A stretch of DNA of 62,679 bases, the filler included, from Chiloscyllium plagiosum (Eukaryota): assembly GCF_004010195.1 (NCBI RefSeq). It is 4 parts of one record of this genome, joined end to end, with 100 filler letters (N's around TTAATTAATTAA, not from the genome) between each part and the next. Parts side by side here need not be neighbours in the genome. Positions count along the whole stretch, not along the records: positions 41,902 to 54,511 come from NC_057716.1; positions 54,612 to 62,679 come from NC_057716.1; 2 more parts are not named here. The stretch is one strand, 5' to 3'. The stretch's first letter is position 1. Every line of letters begins with the position of its first letter. Under the pieces are notes generated by a model. It worked only from the letters and a program-made list of their open reading frames with translations, was not told the origin of the DNA and did no database searches. This document shows, in pieces, positions 53,070 through 62,679 of the stretch. Both the position numbers and the translations under genes were made by a program.

Positions 53070-53826
53070 AGGACTTAAACACTTAATGGTAGGTTCCTGG
53101 GGAGTGTTGCTGAACAAAGTGTTGCTGGACTGCAGGTTCATAGCTCCTTGGAAGTGGAGCTGCAGGTAGATAGGATAGCAAAGAAGGTGTTTGGTATGCT
53201 TTCCTTTATTGGTCAGTGTATTGAGTACAGGATTTGGGAGATAATGTTGTGGCTGTACGGGACATTGGTTAGACCACTGTTGGAATATTGCGTGCAATTC
53301 TGCTCTACTTCCTATCGGAAAGATGTTGTGAAACATGAAAGGGTTCAGAAAAGATTTACAAGGATGTTGCCAAGGTTGGAGGATTTGAGCTATAGGGAGA
53401 GGTGGAACAGGCTGGGGCCGTTTTCCCTGGAGTGTTGGAGGCTGAGGGGTGACCTTATAGAGGTTTATAAAATCATGAGGGACATGGATAGAATAAATAG
53501 ACAAAGTCTGTTCCCTGGTGTGGGAGAGTCCAGAACTAGAGGGCATAGGTTTAGGGTGAGAGGGGAAAGATATAAAAGAGACCTAAGGGGCAACTTTTTC
53601 TCGCAGAGGGTGGTACGTGTATGGAATGAGCTGCCGGAGGAAGTGGTGGAGGCTGGTACAATTGCAACATTTAAAAGGCATTTGGATGGGTAGATGAATA
53701 GGAAGGGTTTGGAGGGATATGGGCTGGGTGCTGGCAGGTGGGACTAGATTGGGTTGGGATATCTGGTCAGCATGGACGGATTAGACCGGAGGGTCTGTTT
53801 CCATGCTGTACTTCTCTGACTCTATC
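53070..53826 (+). mobile_element. CR1 LINE 3' end
   Basis: ORF 53148..53693 LVRPLLEYCVQF...RGDLIEVYK...WNELPEEVVEA. Confidence 0.92.
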
Positions 53827-54129
53827 TCATGTCCCCTTTTTGCCCTCCTGATTTCCCTCTTAAGTATACTCCTATTGCCTTTATACTCTTCTAAGGAATC
53901 ACTCAATCTATCCTGTCTATACCTTACATATGTTTACTCCTTTTTCTTAACCAAACTCTCAATTTCTTTTGTCATCCAACGTTGCCTACACCTACCAGCC
54001 TTTCCTTTCACCCTAACAGAAATATGCTTTCTCTGGATTCTTGTGTTGTCTCATTTCTGAAGGCTTCCCATGTTCCAGCCATCCCTTTACCTGCAAACAT
54101 TTGCCCCCAATCAGCTTTTGAAAGTTCTG

Positions 54130-54511
54130 AGGTAAAAACAATGACTGCAGATGCTGGAAACCAGATTCTGGATTAGTGGTGCTGGAAGAGCACAGCAGTT
54201 CAGGCAGCATCCGAGGAGCAGTAAAATCAACGTTTCGGACAAAACCCCTTCATCAGGAATACAGGCAGAGAGCCTGAAGGGTGGAGAGATACATGAGAGG
54301 AGGGTGGGGATGGGGAGAAAGTAGCATAGAGTACAATAGGTGAGTGGGGGAGGGGGATGAAGGTGATAGGTCGGGGGTGGGGTGGAGTGGATAAGAAGAT
54401 AGACAGGGAGGACAAGTCAGGACAAGTCACGGGGACAGTGCTGAGCTTGAAGTTTGGAACTGGGGTGGAGGAAGGGGAAATGAGGAAACTGTTGAAGTCC
54501 ACATTGATGCC
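54130..54511 (-). mobile_element. PLE 3' end (family A), cut by the linker
   Basis: Matches 38100-38445; near-intact hammerhead motif at about 54230-54257. Confidence 0.85.
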
Positions 54512-54611
54512 NNNNNNNNNNNNNNNNNNNNNNNNNNNNNNNNNNNNNNNNNNNNTTAATTAATTAANNNNNNNNNNNNNNNNNNNNNNNNNNNNNNNNN
54601 NNNNNNNNNNN
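54512..54611. other. Artificial assembly linker N44-TTAATTAATTAA-N44
   Basis: 100 bp; same structure as the other two. Confidence 0.97.
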
Positions 54612-55095
<484 letters not shown>

Positions 55096-55549
55096 TGAGA
55101 GAGATTGAGGCTGCTTGTGCAGAAATGCATGACTCTGCTCGTACAGAACGCACACTGTGCTAAAGGGGCACAAAGTCAAAGCTTTTCATCTTGCATTCAT
55201 CTTCACTGTTGCAATACAGACACTTCTGATGAAGGGTCACTGCATCTGAAACGGTAACTCTGATTTCTCTCCACAGATGCTGCCAGAACTGCTGAGCTTT
55301 TCCAGCAATTTCTGCTTTTTTTTCTGATTTCCAGCATCCGCAGTTCTCTCGGATTTTATTTACAATTTGGAGAGCATTCCCACCGTTCAGCCCCCTCCTG
55401 TCATGCTGGACAAATTGTTGTTCCCTTTCTGAAGGTGGTTTTCTTGCAGTTCAGCCTTTATAAGCTTCAAGGTCATGTGTCTTTGTATGTTTGTGTTGGA
55501 CAGTGAGATAAAGAGTCAGGGAAATGGAGTGAATGGGAGAGAGAGTCTT

Positions 55550-58285
55550 AACATTGAACATAGAACATTCCAGCGCAGTACAGGCCCTGCAGCCTCGATG
55601 CTACACCAACCTGTGGAACCAATCTGATCCCATCTATCCTACACTATTCCATTCCCATCTATATGCCTATCCAATGACCATTTAAATGCCCATAATGAGG
55701 GAGAGTCCACCACTGCTACTTGCAGGGCATTCCATGAACTCACGACTCGCTGAGTAAAGAACCTACCCTGTGGAACCAATCTGATCCCATCTATCCTACA
55801 CTATTCCATTCTCATCCATATGCCCATCCAATGACCATTTAAATGCCCATAAAGTTGGCGAGTCCATTACTGGTGCAGGCAGTGGGTTCCACACCCCTAC
55901 TAGTCTGAGTAAACATAGAACATAGAAAAATACAGCGCAGTACAGGCCCTTCGGCCCTCGATGTTGCGCCGATCCAAGCCCACCTAACCTACACTAGCCC
56001 ACTATCCTCCATATGCCTATCCAATGCCCGCTTAAATGCCCATAATGAGGGAGAGTCCACCACTGCTACTGGCAAGGCATTCCATGAACTCACGACTCGC
56101 TAACATCTGTCCTATACCTACCCCACNNNNNNNNNNNNNNNNNNNNNNNNNNNNNNNNNNNNNNNNNNNNNNNNNNNNNNNNNNNNNNNNNNNNNNNNNN
56201 NNNNNNNNNNNNNNNNNNNNNNNNNNNNNNNNNNNNNNNNNNNNNNNNNNNNNNNNNNNNNNNNNNNNNNNNNNNNNNNNNNNNNNNNNNNNNNNNNNNN
56301 NNNNNNNNNNNNNNNNNNNNNNNNNNNNNNNNNNNNNNNNNNNNNNNNNNNNNNNNNNNNNNNNNNNNNNNNNNNNNNNNNNNNNNNNNNNNNNNNNNNN
56401 NNNNNNNNNNNNNNNNNNNNNNNNNNNNNNNNNNNNNNNNNNNNNNNNNNNNNNNNNNNNNNNNNNNNNNNNNNNNNNNNNNNNNNNNNNNNNNNNNNNN
56501 NNNNNNNNNNNNNNNNNNNNNNNNNNNNNNNNNNNNNNNNNNNNNNNNNNNNNNNNNNNNNNNNNNNNNNNNNNNNNNNNNNNNNNNNNNNNNNNNNNNN
56601 NNNNNNNNNNNNNNNNNNNNNNNNNNNNNNNNNNNNNNNNNNNNCTACCATGGGGAACCTTGTCAAACGCCTTACTAAAATCCATATATACCACATCTAC
56701 CGCTTTCCCCTCATCAACCTCCTTCGTCACCTTTTCAAAGAATTCAATAAGGTTTGTGAGGCACGACTTGCCCTTCACAAAACCATGCTGACTATCCTTG
56801 ATCACATTATTCCTATCCAGATGTTCATAAATCCTATCCCTTACAATTCTCTCTAAGACTTTGCCCACAACAGAAGTGAGACTCACCGGCCTATAGTTAC
56901 TAGGGTTATCCCTACTCCCCTTCTTGAACAAGGGAACCACATTTGCTAGCCTCCAATCTTCTGGCACTACTCCTGTAGACAAAGAGGACATAAAAATCAA
57001 GGCCAATGGCTCTTCAATCTCCTCCCTTGCTTCCCAGAGAATCCTAGGATAAATGCCATCAGGCCCAGGGGACTTATCTAAAGAAACTACCTCTGACATC
57101 TGTCCTATATCTATCACCCCTCAATTTAAAACTGTGTCCCCTCGTGCTCACCATCATCATCCGAAGAAGAAGGCTCTCACTCTCCACCCTCTCATTATCT
57201 TATATGTCTCAATTAAGTCACCTCTCAACCTTCTTCTCTCTAACGAAAACAGCCTCCAGTCCCTCAGCCTTTCCTCATGAGTCCTTCCCTCCAGACCAGG
57301 CAACATCCTAGTAAATCTCCTCTGCACCTTTTCCAAAGCTTCCACATCCTTCCTATAATGCTGTGACCAGAACTGGACACAATACTCCAAGTCCGGCTGC
57401 TGCATGACCTCATGGCTCCGAAACTCAATCCCTCTACCAATAAAAGCTAACACACCGTATGCCTTCTTAACAACCCTATCAACCTGGGTGGCAACTTTCA
57501 GGGATCTATGTACCTGGACACCGAGATCTCTCTGCTCATCTACAGTGCCAAGAATCTTATCATTAGCCCGATACTCTGTATTCCTGTTGCTCCTTCCAAA
57601 GTGAATTAGGTGCTGGAGTATGGCGACTTAAAACACTTTTCACTGCAATTTTTGTAAAAATACAAGTGACAATAAATTATCATTCTGTTCTATCACCTCA
57701 CACTTTTCTGCATTAAACTCCATTTGCCACCTCTCAGCCCAGCTCGGCAGCTTACCTATGTCCCTCTGTAACCCACAACATCCTTCAGCACTATCCGCAA
57801 CTCCACCGACCTTAGTGCCATCCACATATATTACTAACCCATCCTTCTACACCCTTATCCAGGTCATTTATAAAAATGACAAACAGAGTAGCCTTGTGGT
57901 ACACCACTAGTAACTGAACTCTAGGATGAACATTTCCCATCAACCACCACCCTCTGTCTTCTTTCAGCTAGCCAATTTCTGATGTAAACCTTTAAATCAC
58001 CTCAATCCCATGCCTCTATATTTGTACAATAGCCTACCGTGGGGAACCTTATCAAATGCCTTACTGAAGTCCATATACTCTACATCAACCGCTTTACCCT
58101 CAACTACCTGTTTGGTCACCTTCTCAAAGAATTCAATAAAGTTTGTGAGGCACGACCTACCCTTCACAAAACCATGTTGACTATCCCTAAACAACTTATT
58201 CTTTTCTAGATGATTATAAATCCTATCTCTTCTAACCTTTTCCAACACTTCACCTCCAACCAAAGTAAGGCTCACTGGTCTATCT
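55550..58285 (-). mobile_element. Cluster of CR1 LINE copies (stacked 3' tails and RT segments; N gap 56127-56644)
   Basis: KSPGPDGIYPRIL...SQHGFVKGKSCLTNLIEFFE...MDFSKAFDKVPH in two copies. Confidence 0.9.
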
Positions 58286-58845
58286 TGACCAGGGGAGGGT
58301 TGAAGGTGTGGGGAATGTAGTGGGGAATGGAGTGTGGGAATAGACATGGTATGACCCAGGAGTGCAGAAGAAAAGGCAGGACTCCCAAGCGTTAAATCTG
58401 TGTCTCTCTCCACCGATGCTGTCAGACCGGCTGAGTTTCTCCAGCTGTTTCTTGTTTTGTCTCATCCAATTCCTCGATCCTCAGGAAAGTGATGGATGGT
58501 GTCAGTAACAGAGCTATCAAGCAGCACCTGCTCAGCAATAACCTGCTCAGTGACACCCAGTTTGGGTTCCCCCAGGGTCACTCAGCTCCTGACCTCATTA
58601 CAGCCTTGGGTCAAACATGGACAAAAGAGCTGAATTCCAGAGGGGAGGGGAGAGGGACAGCCCTTGACATCAAGGCTGCATTCTACCGAGTGTGGCATCA
58701 CGGAGCCCTGGCTAAACTGGAATCAATGGGTATCAGGGGGCAAACTCTCCACTAGTTAGAGTCATACTTGGTACACAGGGAGATGGTGGTGATTATTGGA
58801 GGTCAATCATCTCAGCTCCAGGACATCTCTGCGGGAGTTCCTCAG

Positions 58846-60608
58846 TTAAAAATCACACAACACCAGGTTATAGTCCTACAGGTTTATTTGGAAGCACTAG
58901 CTTTCGGAGCTCTGCTCCTTCATCAGGTGGTTGTGGAGAATAAGGTCATAAGACACAGAATTTATAGCCAAATGAGTGTCATGGAGATGTGATGATACAT
59001 TAACAATTTTAGATCAGGTCTTTCATCTTTTAGAAGTGTTGGTTTCTGTTAGAACATAGAAAAATACAGCGCAGTACAGGCCCTTCGGCCCTCGATGTTG
59101 CGCCGATCCAAGCCCACCTAACCTACACTAGCCCACTATCCTCCATATGCCTATCCAATGCCCGCTTAAATGCCCATAAAGAGGGAGAGTCCACCACTGC
59201 AACTGGCAGGGCATTCCATGAACTCACGACCCGCTGAGTAAAGAACCTACCCCTAACATCTGCCCTTTACCTACCACCCCTTAATTTAAAGCTATGCCCA
59301 CTCATCTTTCTACCATACCAGGCAACATCCTGGTAATCCTCCTCTGCACCCGTTCCAGTGCCTCCCCATCCTTCCTATAGTATGGCGACCAAAACTGCAC
59401 ACAATACTCCAGATGCGGCCGCACCAGAGTCTTATACAACTGCAACATGAATACAACTGCAACATGTTCTCTGATATGTAAATCCCAGGACTACTTTTAA
59501 ATTACATTCTCAAGAAAGGTCTAACTTTTCTAACAATAGGTGCCATCTCATCTCAGCTCAGGCAATGCATTAAGCTGTGAGGTCTGTTTGTGTCCCAATG
59601 TTGAATTAGACTGGTTCTATTTCTAAAGTGGGATTTACAGAGTTTTACATGGATTCATGCAGTTTTTGAGCAAAATAAAATATAATTCTACAAAAACGTT
59701 TTCACCCTTCAAACGTGTATGTGAGCACGTATAGGAGAGACAGTATGTGTGAGTGCTTGTGATAGAGTGTATGTATATATGTGTGTGTGTGTGTGAGTGA
59801 GTGTGATGAGGTATATGTCTGTGAGAGGGTGCGTGCGTATGAAAGAGAGCTTGTGTATGAGAGAGGGTCTGTGTGGGAGGGTGTGTGTGTGTGTGAGAGT
59901 GAGAGAGAAAGTGTAGTGGAGTCACCTGTAGTGTGACTTGAACCCCTCGGTCCCAGTTGAGGCCATCCCCATGGGTACCGAATTTGGCTATCAGCCTCTG
60001 CTCGGCCACTTTGCGTTGTCGCCTGCCCTGAAGTCCACCTTGGAGGACGGTCACCCGAAGCTCCGAGGTTGAATGTCCTGGACTGCTGAAGTGTTCTCCA
60101 ACTGGGAGGGAACGCTCCTGCCTGGTGATGTTGCGTGGTGTCCATTCACATGTTGTCGTAGCCTCTGCTTGGTCTCGCCTCAGGGCATCCTTGCCTGCAG
60201 TGTGTGAAATAGATAACGTTGCTGAGTCACATAAGTGTTCGCTGCGTGCATGGTGGATCTTTGGGTGACCGTCCTCCAAGGTGGACTTCAGGACAGGCGA
60301 CAACACAAAGTGGCCGAGCAGAGGCTGATAGCCAAGTTCGGTACCCATGAGGATGGCCTCAACCAGCACCTTGGGTTCATGTCACACTACAGGTGACCCC
60401 ACTGCACTACACCCTCTCTCTCACATCTCATGACACTGTGGCCATTTGGCTATAAATTCTGTGTCTTATGATCTTATTCTCCACAACCACCTGAGTAAGA
60501 AGCAGCACTCGGAAAGCTAGTGCTTCCAAATAATTCTGTTGGTCTATAACCTGGTGTTATGTGATTTTTAACTTTGTCCATCCCAGTCCAACACTGGCTC
60601 CTCCAAGT
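58846..60608. mobile_element. Fold-back PLE (family B) with a nested CR1 tail (59051-59465)
   Basis: Minus arm carries terminus, CA-rich tract and GIY-YIG end; plus arm starts near 60255; TSD ggag(t/c)tcctcag. Confidence 0.8.
58898..58926 (-). ncRNA. Minimal hammerhead ribozyme motif (PLE family B)
   Basis: Reverse complement cac-CTGATGA-A-GGAGC AGA GCTCC-GAAAGCTA-gtg; AGCT palindrome; cac/gtg stem I. Confidence 0.75.
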
Positions 60609-61726
60609 CAGGAGCTCCTCAGGGAAGTGTCCTCAGCCCAACCATCTTCAGCTGCTTCATCAATGACCTTCCCTCCATCAGAAGGTCAGAAGTGGGGATG
60701 GTCCCCGATGATTACACAATGTTCAGCACCATTCACCACTCCTCAGATACTGAAGCAGTCCATGTTCAAATGCAACAAGATCTGGACAATATCCAGGCTT
60801 GGGCTGACAAGTGGCAAGTAACATTCACACCACACAAATGCCAGGCTATGACCATCACCAACAAGAGACAATCGAACCACCGCCCCTTCATATTCAATGG
60901 TGTTACCATCACAGACTCCCCCACTATCAACATCCTGACGGTCACCATTGGCCAGAAACTCAACTGGACTTGTCAACTGGCTACAAAAGCAGGTCAGAGT
61001 TTGGGAATCCTGCAATGAGTAATCTGACTCCCCAAAGCCTGTCCACCATCTCCAAGGCACAAGTCCGGAGTGTGATGGAATACTCCCCACTTGCCTGGAT
61101 GGGGGCAGCTCCAACAACACTCAAGGAGCTCAACACCATCCAGGACAAAGCAGCCGCTTAATTGGCATCACATCCACAAACACCCACTCCCTCCACCACC
61201 CACACTCAGTAGCAGCAGTGTGTACCATCTACAAGATACACTGCAGAAATTCACCAAAGATCCTTGGTGAATTTCTGCAGCACCTTCAAAACCCATGACC
61301 ACTTCCATCTAGAAGGACAAGGGCAGCAGATACATGGGAACACCACCCCCTGCAAGTTCCCCTCTGAGCCCCTCACCATCCTGACTTCAGAATATATCGC
61401 TGTTCCTTCAGTGTCGCTGGGTCAGAATCCTGGAATTCCCTCCCTAAGGGCATTGAGTTCACCCCCACCTTCTCAAGGGGCAACTAGGGACGGGCAATAA
61501 ATGCTGGGCCCAGCCAGTGATATCCAAACCACCTAAATGAATTTTAAAAATCATAGGTAATTGAGTTTGGGCAAATGAGGGGAAAGGGGCATGTAAGATC
61601 CGTGGCTGGGCTGTGATTGTTGAGAGTTTGTGGTTTGTTGGACAACGATCCAGTTTGGGAGTTAGGATGAGATGAAAAGCAGGAATACGTGGTGACATCT
61701 CTGAGCCAGTTCTCCTTGTGTTTCAG

Positions 61727-61808
61727 TGTATACTGCCTGGATGAAGGAGAACGGTGGGGTCATTGTGAACATTGTGGCAGATATGTGGAAAGGTTTCCCA
61801 GGAATGTC
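61727..61808 (+). CDS. PECR: PECR coding exon (about exon 4)
   Basis: tttcag|...|gtaagt; 82 bp, phase 1 to 2, joins the preceding exon in frame; (V)YTAWMKENGGVIVNIVADMWKGFPGM(S). Confidence 0.92.
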
Positions 61809-61899
61809 GTAAGTATTCCTGTGATCAGATCTGGAGCCCAAAAAAGTGGATTAGCGAGGAGCTGGGTATAACCTCAGTCAGGGTGTGATTGGGATGATG

Positions 61900-62679
61900 T
61901 GTATCATGCAGTGAGTGTATGAATGTGTCTCAGCATGGCATGTGTATGAAAAGTGTATCTCAGTATAGTGTAAGTTTGGAATGTTAACTTTGGAATGTGT
62001 ATTTGGAATGTGTATTTCAGTACGGTGTGTGTTTGGAACGTGTACCTCGGGACAGTGTGTGTTTAGAACATGTATCTCAGTACGAAGTGCATTTGGAACC
62101 TGTATCTTTGTACAGTGTGCGTTTTGGAATGTATATCTCAGTACAGAGGGTGTATGGAACGCGTATCACAATATGGTGGGTGTATGGAATGTGTAACTCA
62201 GTACAGTGTGTGTATGGAATGTGTATCCCAGTACGGTGTGTGTGTGGAATGTGTATCTCAGTACGATATGTGTGTGGAATGTGTATCTCAGTATGGTGTG
62301 TATGGAATGTGTATCTCAGTATGGTGTGTGTGGAATGTGTATCTCTATACGGTGTGTGTGTGTGGAATGTGTATCTCAGTACGGTGTGTGTATGGAATGT
62401 GTATCTCTGTACGGTATGTGTATGGAATGTGTATCTCTGTACGGTGTGTGTATGGAATGTGTATCTCAGTACGGTGTGTGTATGGAATGTGTATCTCTGT
62501 ACGGTATGTATATGGAATGTGTATCTCTGTACGGTGTGTGTATGGAATGTGTATCTCAGTACGGTGTGTGTGTGGAATGTGTATCTCAGTATGGTGTGTG
62601 TGTGGAATGTGTATCTCTGTACGGTGTGTATGTGGAAGGTGTTTCTCTGTACGGTGTGTATGGAATGTGTATCTCAGTA
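61900..62679 (+). repeat. About 30-bp minisatellite (TGGAATGTGTATCTCAGTACGGTGTGTGTA)n
   Basis: More than 20 copies running to the window end; degenerate at the left edge. Confidence 0.95.

Larger units (their letters stand above)
58470..61545 (+). mobile_element. CR1/L2-group LINE split by a nested PLE (58846-60608)
   Basis: LDIKAAFYRVWHHG...SAGVPQ resumes as GSVLSP.IFSCFINDL, PDD, WADKWQV.F.P.KC. Confidence 0.85.

Noticed and set aside
61900..62679. CRISPR-like array
   Set aside because: No unique spacers; plain tandem minisatellite in a vertebrate intron

Overview
Repeat-dense vertebrate genomic DNA. The SINE/CR1/Penelope content points to a cartilaginous fish (inference). It contains eight consecutive coding exons of ABCB6 on the minus strand (38993 down to 7994) with consistent splice phases, and two consecutive PECR exons on the plus strand (54748-54913, 61727-61808). 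There is also an orphan coiled-coil-like candidate exon with a GC donor (49286-49346). Introns are filled with decayed CR1-type and Rex/Babar-type LINEs, tRNA-derived SINEs, a Tc1/mariner-type MITE family, Penelope-like elements (PLEs) and tandem repeats. Three 100-bp N44-TTAATTAATTAA-N44 linkers are assembly joins, so contig order is uncertain. The most notable hidden signal is minimal type I hammerhead ribozyme motifs (CTGAnGA-stem II-GAAA-palindromic tetramer) in three or four PLE-terminus families. Two copies show compensatory stem II changes, and many sit in short fold-back insertions with 11-18 bp target-site duplications. Exon numbering and repeat family names are from recall, not database search, and most repeat boundaries are approximate.
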